The translations under genes and the position numbers were made by a program. DNA of 64,000 bases from Candidatus Acidiferrales bacterium (GTDB lineage: Bacteria; Acidobacteriota; Terriglobia; Acidiferrales; UBA7541): positions 287,010-351,009 of the forward strand of contig CAVTTX010000004.1 in NCBI GenBank assembly GCA_963737645.1. The letters are read 5' to 3'. Shown one piece after another: positions 1 to 10,115 of the stretch (position 1 is the first letter of the stretch; each line of letters opens with the position of its first letter). The notes beneath the pieces are model-generated. The model had not been told where the DNA came from. It searched no databases and was given only the letters and a program-made list of their open reading frames with translations.

Positions 1-2
1 CC

Positions 3-533
3 ATGAAGTTCCTGAAGCTCGGTGTCACCGAATTTGATCCGGCGTTCCCGATAACGCGTCTATCTCGTATCTCTCGTCTGCTCCTGGCTCGTTTGCTTCC
101 ATCGCTCACAACTCTCAATCAAGCGCGTGCTATCAAAGCGCTCCAGTTTGCTGGCGTATTCGAAGGGAACTCCGATTTCTCGATTCCCACTATTGCCGAC
201 GACTCTCAACCCACTTTTCTCAGGTTCCCTCTGCTCGCCAAGCAACCGTCGTCTCGCGATCGCGCCGTTCGCGAGCTCTGCCGCGTCGGAATTGGCGCCA
301 CGCCTTTCTACCCAACTGCCATCTGCGATATTCCCGGTATAGCTGAGCACATGGCCGTGCCTCACTTCCATCGGCCCCAAGCCGAAGGAATGTCCCGTAG
401 GCTCCTCACCATCCCTACGCACCGATTCATGCGTGCTGAGGATTTTCACCGGATCGCGGTAATCCTGTCCCAGGGCGCTGAGCGCGTCCGTGCCCGGCGC
501 GCCGCCGGCCACGCTGCTGGTGTCACCGCATGA
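3..533 (+). CDS. DegT/DnrJ/EryC1/StrS-family aminotransferase, C-terminal part (runs off window edge)
   Basis: C-terminal motifs FLRFPLL...GIGATPFYP...LLTIPTH typical of DegT-family sugar aminotransferases; ATGA overlap with next gene at 530-533. Confidence 0.7.
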   Translation: MKFLKLGVTEFDPAFPITRLSRISRLLLARLLPSLTTLNQARAIKALQFAGVFEGNSDFSIPTIADDSQPTFLRFPLLAKQPSSRDRAVRELCRVGIGATPFYPTAICDIPGIAEHMAVPHFHRPQAEGMSRRLLTIPTHRFMRAEDFHRIAVILSQGAERVRARRAAGHAAGVTA

Positions 534-1468
534 GCCTCTCCGTTCACAATGTGCAAGCTAGGATTACCAGCGCTGACACTGCATCTCTGCGCCAGTCCCC
601 TCCACCGCAAAAACTAAAAATCATTTTTTCCGTCGACGTCGAGGACTGGTTTCACATTCTCGATGTTCAGTCCCTGCCCGCACAGTCCGTCTGGCATCGC
701 CTTCCTTCCCGCATGGAGTCCAATTTCCATCGTCTCCTCGACATCTTCACCGAAAACAATGCTCGCGTGACTTGCTTCTTCCTCGGTTGGGTCGCCGAAC
801 ACTTTCCTTCTCTCGTTCGCGAAGCGGCCTCTCGAGGCCACGAAATCGCCTCCCACGGGTATGCCCACCGTCTCGTCTACGAAATGACCGGCAACGAGTT
901 CTATCAAGACGCACTTCGCTCCAAGCACCTTCTCGAAGACATTTCCGGCACGGCAGTTTTGGGTTATCGATCCGCTGGTTTCTCGCTCACCAATCGTAGC
1001 CCTTGGTTCTTCGAAAAACTCGCTGCCGCTGGTTATCTCTACGACAGCTCTGTTTTTCCCGCATGGAGAACTCACGGCGGAATGCCTGAAGCCTGCCGGG
1101 CCCCCTATGTGATCGGCTCTGATTCCAGCAGGATCGTCGAATTTCCCGTGTCTGTCGTCAGCCTGGCCAGCAAATCCATGTGTTTCTTTGGCGGGGGTTA
1201 CCTGCGCCTCTCTCCCTACTGGCTCATTCGAAAAATGGCCGCGGAAGTTCTCCATTCGGGCCGTCCCCTCATTTTCTATGTTCATCCCCGCGAGATTGAT
1301 CCCCAGCATCCCCGCCTGGAAATGAATCTGTTCCGGCGTTTTAAGTCCTACGTGAACTTGGATGGCACCGAGGACAAAATTCGCCGGATTCTCGACGAAT
1401 TTCCCGTCGGCACTTTCCAGAATTTCCTGGAGCGTCATGACCGCAGCACTTTCCAAGCCTTTGCTTGA
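530..1468 (+). CDS. Polysaccharide deacetylase, XrtA/PEP-CTERM-locus type
   Basis: SVDVEDWF, HEIASHGYAH, GYRSAGFS, YDSS, GGGYLR, FYVHPREIDP motifs; exosortase locus context. Confidence 0.9.
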   Translation: MSLSVHNVQARITSADTASLRQSPPPQKLKIIFSVDVEDWFHILDVQSLPAQSVWHRLPSRMESNFHRLLDIFTENNARVTCFFLGWVAEHFPSLVREAASRGHEIASHGYAHRLVYEMTGNEFYQDALRSKHLLEDISGTAVLGYRSAGFSLTNRSPWFFEKLAAAGYLYDSSVFPAWRTHGGMPEACRAPYVIGSDSSRIVEFPVSVVSLASKSMCFFGGGYLRLSPYWLIRKMAAEVLHSGRPLIFYVHPREIDPQHPRLEMNLFRRFKSYVNLDGTEDKIRRILDEFPVGTFQNFLERHDRSTFQAFA

Positions 1469-2657
1469 TCCCCAGCGCGCTGCCAGTCCTTCGGCTGGCT
1501 CAACGCCCGCGCTCTCCATCACTGTTCTGATTGATGCCCTGGGCTGGAAGTATATTGAAGGCCGCCCATTTCTCAACGACTGGTTGCCCTATCGAACCCC
1601 TCTGCGCACCGTCCTCGGCTTCAGCTCTGGCGCCATTCCGACGATCCTGACGGGCGAGTTTCCATCGCAAACCGGCCATTGGAACCTTTTCTATTACGAT
1701 CCCTCGAACTCCCCGTTCCGTTGGCTCCGCCACTTTCAATTTCTGCCGGATCGCCTTCTCGACAATCGCGTTTCCCGCAAGCTTCTTCAACAACTGGGCA
1801 GGCACTTCCTCGGGCTTGGCCCGCTTTTCTCTTGTGCCGTCAGCCCAAAATTATTGGCGCATTTCAACTGGGTCGAACGCCGCAACATTTATGCCCAACA
1901 GGGCATCACCGGGGCTCCTTCCATCTTCGATCAACTTGCGGCTCGCGGCATTCCTCATTGCGTCTACACTTATCACCGCGGTGATGATGCCCAACTCCTC
2001 CGCCAAGCCGCGCAGGATGTTTCCAGCCAAGCGGCCACATTCTTTTTCGTCTATCTAAGCGGCATGGATGAATTCTTGCATCTCCACTGCAAAGAGTCTC
2101 AATCAACCGAGGAGCGCGTCAACTGGTACGCCTGCGAGCTTCAAAAGCTGTTCACGCTTGCACGCAACATCGATCCGAAAGTCGCCCTCACCGTCATTTC
2201 CGACCATGGCATGACCCCGGTCGAGCATACCTACGACATTCTTCCCCAGATTCAGTCGCTTAAGCTGAACATGCCGCAAGACTATTTGGCCGTCTACGAT
2301 TCCACCATGGCGCGCTTCTGGTTTTTCAACGAACGCGCGCGCTCCTCCGTCTGCCAGCTACTTCTAAAAATTCCTTGTGGCCGTGTCCTCTCCGACGACG
2401 AACTTCGCCGCTTCGGCGTCTTTTTCAAAGATCGTCGCTTCGGCGAAACCATTTTCCTCCTCCATGCCGGCTGGCTCTTCTCCCGCAGCGACTTCAACGG
2501 AACCGGCTGGTTTCCCGAAGGCATGCATGGCTATCATCCCGATCAAGACCGCTATTCCGACGCCATTTTCCTCAGCAATCGTCCGCCGGGCTTCCAGCTG
2601 CGCACGATTAAAGACGTGTACGCCTGCATCTCTCAAACGGCTCTCGCATCAACATGA
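1461..2657 (+). CDS. Alkaline-phosphatase-superfamily (nucleotide pyrophosphatase/phosphodiesterase-like) protein
   Basis: LIDALG, FSSGAIPTILTG, DEFLH, ISDHGM, GMHGY metal-site motifs; start placed at in-frame TTG 1461 overlapping the upstream stop (uncertain). Confidence 0.8.
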   Translation: MLDPQRAASPSAGSTPALSITVLIDALGWKYIEGRPFLNDWLPYRTPLRTVLGFSSGAIPTILTGEFPSQTGHWNLFYYDPSNSPFRWLRHFQFLPDRLLDNRVSRKLLQQLGRHFLGLGPLFSCAVSPKLLAHFNWVERRNIYAQQGITGAPSIFDQLAARGIPHCVYTYHRGDDAQLLRQAAQDVSSQAATFFFVYLSGMDEFLHLHCKESQSTEERVNWYACELQKLFTLARNIDPKVALTVISDHGMTPVEHTYDILPQIQSLKLNMPQDYLAVYDSTMARFWFFNERARSSVCQLLLKIPCGRVLSDDELRRFGVFFKDRRFGETIFLLHAGWLFSRSDFNGTGWFPEGMHGYHPDQDRYSDAIFLSNRPPGFQLRTIKDVYACISQTALAST

Positions 2658-3931
2658 ACACCACGCCCATTCCTCTGATGCTGTTTTCCAATGCCACCGT
2701 CCGCGCCGGCGCCGAAGAAGTTGTTCTTCAGTTGCTACAAGGTTTGGATCGCAGATTCTTTCGCCTCCATTTGACTTGCACGCCCGAACTCGCGCGACTT
2801 TTTCACGCCGATCTACCGTCGGACATCACCGTCACACCGCTCTCGTTAGACTACCTCTCGGATTTTCGTGGTGCCTACCAACTGGCTCGCGCGTTGAAAC
2901 GCCATCACATTCAAATCCTGCATTCCCACATGTTTCGCGCCAGCTTCTTTGCTTCTCCGTTAGCTCGTCGCTTGAAAGTTCCCGTCGTCCTCGATACCTC
3001 TCACGGTCGCGAGATGTGGCGCAAGGGACTAAAATCATTTTTCTTCGTTGATCGCTTCGTTTCTCGTCAAGTCGATCGCACCATCGCCGTCTCGCATTCC
3101 ACGGCTCGCTACCTGATTGAGGCAAAAGGTCTTCCAGCCTCTAAAATTCACGTCATTCACAACGGCGTTAATCCGCAGCGTTACTCGCGGGATCCGGAAG
3201 CCGCCAAGCAGCTCAAACACTTGCTGCAGGTCGATGGCGACGTGCCTTTGCTCCTTGCTGTCGGCCGTCTGGAGTCGCAGAAGGGCCATCGCATCCTCCT
3301 TCAAGCCATGCCGACCATACTCAATCGGTTTCCAAAAGCCCACTTGGTCTGCCTGGGTGAAGGCAGCCTGCGCGCGCAATTGCAATCTGAAGTGGATGCC
3401 AGTGGGCTGCATCGCGCTGTCACCTTCCTCGGCTACCAACCGGACGTACCGCGCTGGCTCGCTTCAGCCGACTTAACCATCCTGCCTTCGTTATTCGAAG
3501 GGCTCCCCATGATCGCCATCGAGTCCCTCGCCTCTGAGTGTCCCATCGTCGCCACTGCTGTCGATGGCACTCCGGAAGTCGTCCTCGACGGCATCACTGG
3601 GTTGTTGGTTCCTCCGGCAAATCCAGACCGTCTCGCCCACGCCGTCATGAAGATCCTCGCGCATCCTAATCTCGCGCGCTGGATGGCTCAGAACGGACGG
3701 GACTTGATTCTCCAGAATTTCACCGTCGAAACAATGGTTGGCCGCAATCAGGAGCTCTATTTGCATTTGTGGGAACGTTACTCGGCCAAAACCAGTCTGG
3801 ACCCGGCACCTCGCTTGGTACACCCATCCAGAGTCCCCGCCCAAGCCGTGCCTCTGACCGTCGGCGCAGCCGCCCGCCACAGTAATTCCACCGCGACGAA
3901 AGCCTTACTCGTTCGCAGTAACGACAATTGA
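2654..3931 (+). CDS. GT4 glycosyltransferase
   Basis: VIHNGV, VGRLESQKG, PSLFEGLPMIAIESLA, TGLLVPP motifs. Confidence 0.92.
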   Translation: MNTTPIPLMLFSNATVRAGAEEVVLQLLQGLDRRFFRLHLTCTPELARLFHADLPSDITVTPLSLDYLSDFRGAYQLARALKRHHIQILHSHMFRASFFASPLARRLKVPVVLDTSHGREMWRKGLKSFFFVDRFVSRQVDRTIAVSHSTARYLIEAKGLPASKIHVIHNGVNPQRYSRDPEAAKQLKHLLQVDGDVPLLLAVGRLESQKGHRILLQAMPTILNRFPKAHLVCLGEGSLRAQLQSEVDASGLHRAVTFLGYQPDVPRWLASADLTILPSLFEGLPMIAIESLASECPIVATAVDGTPEVVLDGITGLLVPPANPDRLAHAVMKILAHPNLARWMAQNGRDLILQNFTVETMVGRNQELYLHLWERYSAKTSLDPAPRLVHPSRVPAQAVPLTVGAAARHSNSTATKALLVRSNDN

Positions 3932-3934
3932 CTC

Positions 3935-5173
3935 ATGTCAGCTCTCACCACCGCGCTCCAACCACAAGCTGTCCCACCGCCGCTATCCAGCGAAGTGCGC
4001 ACAACCATCTGCGCCGCTGCTGTTGCGATCTGCACCGCGTCGTTCGGCCCGCGCCTTCACTCGCTCATCCTCACTGGTAGTTTGGCGCGCGATGAAGCCA
4101 CCATACTAAAGCGCGGCACTACCAAAACTCTGGTTGGCGATGCCGATTTCCTAGTTGTGCTTCACCAAAACGTGACCGACACAAACCTCTCGGAACTCCA
4201 CAAAATCGAGCGCTCCATCGAAAAGCTGTTATTCGAAACCGGCATCTCTGCTCACGTCGGCCTCGGAACTGTGAATCCCGCTTTCTTCGATCGACTCCAA
4301 CCTCGCAGCTTCACTTACGAATTGAAGCATTCCGGCGAAGTGCTGTGGGGTGACGCCCACATCCTCAATCGGATCCCGCAATACCATCCCGCGCACCTCT
4401 CCAAAGAAGACGCCTGGCGCACTCTAAATCACCGCACGATCGAAGTGCTCATTGCTTTCGCCGCTTCCGATCCCAACGCGAACTGTCTCCCGGCGAACCT
4501 CGAATACGCGCTCATCAAATTGTATTTAGACCTGGCAACCTCTTATCTGATCTTCGTCGGACGTTATCAGCCAACCTACGCCGCTCGGGCCGCCGAATTG
4601 CGCTCCTTGCTCAAGGAAACAGGCCATTTGGACCCCTGGCTTGCTCATGAGGGCAGCGTATTGCAGCGCATTTCTGAGTGCACCGAAAGGAAGATCACCG
4701 GCAAGAATCTCGCGGCAAATGACTCCAGCCACTTCCTTGAGGAAGCCATCTCCTACGCGCGCCAGCTCTGGCTCTGGGAAGCACTCGAGCTATCAGGTTC
4801 AGCCCAACCGTTACCCCTGCATGCGCTCATCGGTTCACTCGGTCGCCGCCAATCCATATCAGACCGCCTTCGCGGCTGGGCATCCCTTTTGCGTCGAGTC
4901 CCTCGAAACACGGTGCCGCAAAATTGCCCGCGCTGGTTAATCCTGTTTTGGGTTGCCACGCCTCGTTACCTGACCTACGCCTCTGCTTTCGAACTGTTTT
5001 GCCAGATACCGCAGCTCCTTGGCAGTGCGCAACCGCCGCACTCTGCTTGTTCTCTCGACCTCGTACGCCAGTTGTTACCGGTGCTGCCTTCCGATCAGCC
5101 GGAAAACTGGCTGTCTCTGGCCGAGGCAACCGCGCACAGTTACCGTAATCTCCTGCTCGGCACTTCCTCCTGA
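3935..5173 (+). CDS. Nucleotidyltransferase-fold (Pol-beta superfamily) protein with helical C-terminal domain
   Basis: LILTGSLARDEAT followed by GDADFLVVL: GS plus DxD signature. Confidence 0.6.
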   Translation: MSALTTALQPQAVPPPLSSEVRTTICAAAVAICTASFGPRLHSLILTGSLARDEATILKRGTTKTLVGDADFLVVLHQNVTDTNLSELHKIERSIEKLLFETGISAHVGLGTVNPAFFDRLQPRSFTYELKHSGEVLWGDAHILNRIPQYHPAHLSKEDAWRTLNHRTIEVLIAFAASDPNANCLPANLEYALIKLYLDLATSYLIFVGRYQPTYAARAAELRSLLKETGHLDPWLAHEGSVLQRISECTERKITGKNLAANDSSHFLEEAISYARQLWLWEALELSGSAQPLPLHALIGSLGRRQSISDRLRGWASLLRRVPRNTVPQNCPRWLILFWVATPRYLTYASAFELFCQIPQLLGSAQPPHSACSLDLVRQLLPVLPSDQPENWLSLAEATAHSYRNLLLGTSS

Positions 5174-5190
5174 TTATCCATACTCCGCAT

Positions 5191-6129
5191 ATGCAAAATC
5201 CCAAAATTAGCGTTGTCATTCTGAACTACCGCCGCTGGGATGCGCTGAAAAACACCCTCGCGTCAGTGCTTTCACAGTCATACACGCCACGGGAAATCAT
5301 CGTTGTCGACAATGGTTCCGGCGACGGGACGCCCGGTCTACTTCGCCAACATTTTCCGGGCGTCAGCCTGCTGGAATTGGACACCAACGCGGGCTGTGCC
5401 GGGCGCAATCGTGGAATTGAAGATTCCCACGGTGAATGCGTCGTCACCCTCGACAACGACGTGTTTTTCGACTCGGATTTCGAGCTGCAAAAGATCGTCA
5501 ACGAGTTCGCCAACTGCCCGCATGCCAGTTGCCTCGTTTTCAAGGTACTTGAGGCCAATACCGGGCGGCTCCACGTTCGCGACTGGTGCCATCCGCGGTC
5601 ATACAAGGAACATTCCGACGCCGACTTCGAAACCACTTATATTCCCGAAGGTGCGTGCGCTTTTCGCCGACGCGATTTTCTCGCTATCGGTGGCTATTAC
5701 GAAACTCTTTGGATCGGGCACGAAGGTGGTGATCTTGCATTACGTTTGCTCAACAACGGCGGGCGCATTTTCTACCGGCCTTCCATTCGCGTTCGTCACC
5801 TTATGTCAGCGGCAACCCGAACGAGCTGGCGTCCTTATTATTTCTACACTCGGAATTATTTGTGGTTGGCGTTAAGAAATTATCCCATTGCCCGGGCAAT
5901 CCCGTTTGTGACCGTGAAGCTATCCATGATGCTGGTATTTGCTTTGCGTACTGGGAACGTCAAGCCAATGCTTCGCGGAATTCGCGACGCTGTCGTCGGG
6001 TTTAGAGCTGTTTGGTCCACTCGTCAGCCGCTGTCGCAGGCAACCTTTCGAAAGCTGGCTCACCTCAGTTCCGATCGTCCTGGCTTCTTTGCTCGTTTAG
6101 GCCGCCATCGTGAGCGTCCTCTGATTTGA
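5191..6129 (+). CDS. GT2 glycosyltransferase
   Basis: SVVILNY, IIVVDNGSGDGT, GRNRG, LDND DxD motif. Confidence 0.92.
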   Translation: MQNPKISVVILNYRRWDALKNTLASVLSQSYTPREIIVVDNGSGDGTPGLLRQHFPGVSLLELDTNAGCAGRNRGIEDSHGECVVTLDNDVFFDSDFELQKIVNEFANCPHASCLVFKVLEANTGRLHVRDWCHPRSYKEHSDADFETTYIPEGACAFRRRDFLAIGGYYETLWIGHEGGDLALRLLNNGGRIFYRPSIRVRHLMSAATRTSWRPYYFYTRNYLWLALRNYPIARAIPFVTVKLSMMLVFALRTGNVKPMLRGIRDAVVGFRAVWSTRQPLSQATFRKLAHLSSDRPGFFARLGRHRERPLI

Positions 6130-6167
6130 TACGTTAGGATTCGAATTCCTCAGACTGGCACTCCGTC

Positions 6168-7433
6168 TTGTTTCTCATATACCTAATCATCTTTATTTCC
6201 GCCGTTCCCAAACATCCTTGGTTGGGCGAAGAGGTCGGAGGCTTCACCTTAGCAAAATATCTCGGTGTCGTCTGCTTTCTCTACGCACTGCTGGCTCTGT
6301 CTTTTCGTGCCACCTTACCGGTCCTGTTCACCACCTGGCCCGCTCGTTTGTTTGTGGCTCTGACCGCCTGGGGTATCGCCTCTTGCTTCTTCGTAAGTCA
6401 TGCCCCGGAACCCCTTGTTCTCGCACAGCCCTTCATTTCCTATTTCGCGATTTTCTTTGCCATCGTCACCTGTGTTAATTCGCTGCGCAGGCTACAGTTT
6501 GCCGTTCTATCCTTGCTCGGGGCGCTCGACCTCGCGTCACTCTATTTTCTTCGCGAGTACCAGAAGATCGGATTCGGCGCGGCCCGCGCTTCTGGTTGGG
6601 TCGTCGGAGACGGAAACTACTTCGCGTGCGCCGCATTGCTGACCATCCCTATCGCTTACTATCTGATTCCGTCGACGCGCGAGCAGCTTCTCAAATGGTT
6701 TTACCGTACATCGCTAGCTCTCACCTTTCTCGCTGTGGTGTTTTCCGCGTCTCGCGGAGCGTTCGCTGGGTTGTGCGGCGTTGTAGCGGTCACCTTGTTC
6801 AGTTCCGGAAACAAGTATCGCGCCCTGTTCGCATCCGCCCTGATTGTGGTGGCGCTCCTTGTTTCTCCCGTTAGCCCCATCAAACGCATTCTCGATCCGG
6901 AGTACGGCGATAACAATTCCACCGAAGCCCACGAAGGTCTATGGAAGTTTGGCGTCCGCATGGCTCTCGAGCATCCCCTGTTTGGCATCGGCGTAGGAAA
7001 CTTTAAGTCGTACACAGTGGTCTATCATGTGACCGACAATCCCACCGGATTCGAAGGCCATAACGCCTACATTCACTTGGCTGCGGAAACTGGCTTTGTT
7101 GGTTTTCTCTTCTATCTCGGAGTGAATCTCTCCGCCATCCTGCTTTTGCGTCAGATTCAAAAAGCTGCCGTTTCCATGAAGCATGCCTATCTATATTCGC
7201 TCTCCGTTGGCATGCAGCAGGGCATTATCGGTTTTGCGGTAGGCGCTTTTTTCATTTCCGCCCAGTCCGAAAAACCCTTCTGGATCGTCATTTCCATGGT
7301 CGCCGCGCTCGTACCCATCGCCGAGACCCAGTGGATCCGCTGGAAAGCCCAACGGCAGGCACATACACCCGAATCTGCCAGCCCAGAGCAACCGCAGAGT
7401 GAACCAGACTTGGTCCCCAGCTTCGCTCGCTGA
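6168..7433 (+). CDS. O-antigen ligase/Wzy-like polymerase
   Basis: Many TM segments; GDGNYF, SASRGAF, HPLFGIGVGNF, HNAYIHLAAETGFVG; TTG start. Confidence 0.88.
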   Translation: MFLIYLIIFISAVPKHPWLGEEVGGFTLAKYLGVVCFLYALLALSFRATLPVLFTTWPARLFVALTAWGIASCFFVSHAPEPLVLAQPFISYFAIFFAIVTCVNSLRRLQFAVLSLLGALDLASLYFLREYQKIGFGAARASGWVVGDGNYFACAALLTIPIAYYLIPSTREQLLKWFYRTSLALTFLAVVFSASRGAFAGLCGVVAVTLFSSGNKYRALFASALIVVALLVSPVSPIKRILDPEYGDNNSTEAHEGLWKFGVRMALEHPLFGIGVGNFKSYTVVYHVTDNPTGFEGHNAYIHLAAETGFVGFLFYLGVNLSAILLLRQIQKAAVSMKHAYLYSLSVGMQQGIIGFAVGAFFISAQSEKPFWIVISMVAALVPIAETQWIRWKAQRQAHTPESASPEQPQSEPDLVPSFAR

Positions 7434-7463
7434 CCCTTTTCCTCGAACTCTCGGAACAACCCG

Positions 7464-8495
7464 ATGAAAATCCTTTACGCCAATGACAGCAGGGCCACAC
7501 AGTGGGATAACTTCGTACAAAATCATCCGCACTCCACCAACTATCATCGCTGGCACTGGAAACGTATCATCGAGAATAATTTCGGCTGGCAGAGCCTTCC
7601 TCTCATGGCCGAGGAAAACGGCCATCCTTGCGGCATCCTTCCTCTGTTTTTCCAGAACAGCCGCTTTCTCGGCAAATGGGTCTCTTCCGTTCCTCTCTTT
7701 CAAGCTGGTGGCATTTTGGCCGACACGCCCGAAGCCGCGAGCGCCTTACTCCACGAAGCTTGTGCGCTCACCAAACGCCTCGGCGCCAAATACCTGGAAC
7801 TCCGCCAGAGTGCTCCGCAGATCGATGGTCTTACCGTTCGTGGCGATCGCGTCAAAGCCGTCCTTGCGATCCAAGCCGATCCCCAAAAAATGTTGCAATC
7901 CCTTGATTCCAGAGTGCGCACTTCGATTCGCAAGGCCGAAAAATTTGCCCTAACCGCACAGTTCGGCGCCGCGGATTTGCTGGACGAGTTCTACAGCGTC
8001 TTTGCCCGCAATATGCGCGATCTCGGCACACCGGTTTATCACAAGCGCTTTTTTGCAGACATTCTCGCCGCATTTCCCAACGAATCCTTCATCGCCGTCG
8101 TGCGCTCTGCAGGAAAGCCCGTCGCCTGCGACTTTCTCCTCGGCTACCGCCAGGCCATGGAATCGGCTTGGGCCGCTTCGATTCGTGATTCTCACCCTCT
8201 CAAGCCCAACATGTTTCTTCACTGGAAAGCCTTGTGCTTCGCCGCTCAACATGGCTATTTGATTTTCGATTTCGGCCGCTCAGTCGTCGGCTCGGGGCCG
8301 CATCGCTACAAAATGCAATGGGGCTCGCAAGAAATTCCATTGCCATGGAGCTACTGGTCTCCCCGAAAACAGCAAGTGCAAGCCCTCAATCGCCATAATC
8401 CCAAGCTGCAGCTTGTCATCAGCGCGTGGCGCAATCTCCCGCTCGCGATCGCCAATCGAGTCGGCCCCGTTCTCGTCAAGCATCTTCCCTCATAA
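7464..8495 (+). CDS. FemAB-related GNAT-fold protein, exosortase-A system associated
   Basis: WDNFV, YLELR, RTSIRKAEK, RNMRDLGTP, FDFGRS, YKMQWG motifs; locus context. Confidence 0.85.
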   Translation: MKILYANDSRATQWDNFVQNHPHSTNYHRWHWKRIIENNFGWQSLPLMAEENGHPCGILPLFFQNSRFLGKWVSSVPLFQAGGILADTPEAASALLHEACALTKRLGAKYLELRQSAPQIDGLTVRGDRVKAVLAIQADPQKMLQSLDSRVRTSIRKAEKFALTAQFGAADLLDEFYSVFARNMRDLGTPVYHKRFFADILAAFPNESFIAVVRSAGKPVACDFLLGYRQAMESAWAASIRDSHPLKPNMFLHWKALCFAAQHGYLIFDFGRSVVGSGPHRYKMQWGSQEIPLPWSYWSPRKQQVQALNRHNPKLQLVISAWRNLPLAIANRVGPVLVKHLPS

Positions 8496-8528
8496 ATCGG
8501 ATATGTCTTCACAAACACCGCATTAGCG

Positions 8529-10115
8529 TTGAACCCGATGGCTTCCATTCCTACTACTCAAACCAACTCTGTCGCCGAAGTTGCCCTTTCGGCTCCGCCG
8601 CTCTTATCAGCGGCTTCCTCCAAAATGCGCGACTCCATCGTCTCCGGCATGCGCTGGACGTTTTGGCTTTCTGCCGCATCCGTACCCTTCAGTTTCGGCA
8701 CCATTGTTATCCTCGCGCGCATCTCCCCGGAAGCCATCGGTACCTTCGGCCTTCTGCAGATTTACATCGGTGTCGTCTCGGTGTTCTTGTTCTTCGGTGG
8801 CAATGCGGTCTTGATCAAATTGGTTCCAGGTCTGTCTCCTGCGGATCGTATCTCCTTCTTCCTTTCCTACTTCTTCGTCAACTGCGTCGCCATCCTTCCT
8901 TGGCTCGTCGCGGCTACCCTCTGGCCAGCCGGTCTCCGCTATCTGTTCGGCGAAGGAAAGACCAGTGTGTTTTGGATCGCTCTTCTCTATCTTTCGCCAT
9001 TGTACATTCTCTTTTCTGCCTCGCTGGCTGCCCTCAAAGGCATGCTTGACCTTAAGCGGGCCCAAGCCCTCGACCGAGTCGTCTCAGTCGGTTCCTTCTC
9101 CTTTTATGTGGCGCTATACATTTTCGCCCGCCCAATCTTAGCTGCCCACTTCACCCCCATCATCTGGGGTATCTATCTCACCCTCGTTTTGCTGGTCACT
9201 TGTTTCGCTCTGTCACGCTTCCTTCGTTTGAACGGAGGGCTCCGCTGGTCCCGCATTCGCCCACTTCTTCCCGACGGATTTTGGCGCTACACCTTGGGCC
9301 TACAAACTGGCAGTTTCTTAGGTTTCTTCAGCGGGCGTCTGGATTACCTGCTCCTTCTCTACATCGGTGGTTTGGCTCTTCTCGGCAAATACGTCGCTCT
9401 CATGAGCTTGCTCATACCGATTACGAAAGTAGTGTCATTTTTCCTGGATAGCCTGCTGCCTATGCTCACCAACACTCTGGCCCATCGCGATCTACACTCC
9501 TCGCAAGAGATCGCCAAAATCTGCGTCCGCATTGTCGTCCCCGCCTCGCTCATCATGACTGGACTCCTGGTCTTCTTTGCTCATCCTTTGACTCTTCTCC
9601 TCGGTCCTAAATATCTGAGCCTCGAGAAATTACTTTGGGTCGCTGCCCCCTTTGCGGTCGTGCAGGGGATTGGCTGGATGAACGGTATCGTTCTCAGTGC
9701 CATCGGCCGCTCCGATTTCATCGCTATCATTCCGGCCTTGCGCATAGTGATTTTCCTAGCACTCTTCTTTCCCCTCTGGCGCTCCTATCAACTACTCGGA
9801 GCAGTCCTCACTTGGGGCATTTGCGAAGTCTTCGCCCATGGCCTCGGCCTGACTTTCGTCCTGCTCAAAGCGCCGTTCCGCTATGATTGTTTTCGAACTT
9901 ATTGGCCGGCACTTCCGATCTTGGTTGGGCTGCCGCTTCTCGCTTCGCACATTACTTCGTTCTTCTCGCTGCCTCTTCTCTTCGCCGCCTTTATCGGCCT
10001 GATTCTCGCCTACTTCGCCTTGGCCGGTTACTCGGTCCGCGAAGTTCACACCTTGTCGCATTTCGTTCTGCCCGACGCCTTCAGCTTTTCCGCGTTGCGC
10101 TCGAGAAAGCCGTGA
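8529..10115 (+). CDS. Wzx-type oligosaccharide flippase
   Basis: About 12-14 hydrophobic segments; SGMRWTF start and RLDYLLL...LGKY pattern typical of Wzx. Confidence 0.82.
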   Translation: MNPMASIPTTQTNSVAEVALSAPPLLSAASSKMRDSIVSGMRWTFWLSAASVPFSFGTIVILARISPEAIGTFGLLQIYIGVVSVFLFFGGNAVLIKLVPGLSPADRISFFLSYFFVNCVAILPWLVAATLWPAGLRYLFGEGKTSVFWIALLYLSPLYILFSASLAALKGMLDLKRAQALDRVVSVGSFSFYVALYIFARPILAAHFTPIIWGIYLTLVLLVTCFALSRFLRLNGGLRWSRIRPLLPDGFWRYTLGLQTGSFLGFFSGRLDYLLLLYIGGLALLGKYVALMSLLIPITKVVSFFLDSLLPMLTNTLAHRDLHSSQEIAKICVRIVVPASLIMTGLLVFFAHPLTLLLGPKYLSLEKLLWVAAPFAVVQGIGWMNGIVLSAIGRSDFIAIIPALRIVIFLALFFPLWRSYQLLGAVLTWGICEVFAHGLGLTFVLLKAPFRYDCFRTYWPALPILVGLPLLASHITSFFSLPLLFAAFIGLILAYFALAGYSVREVHTLSHFVLPDAFSFSALRSRKP

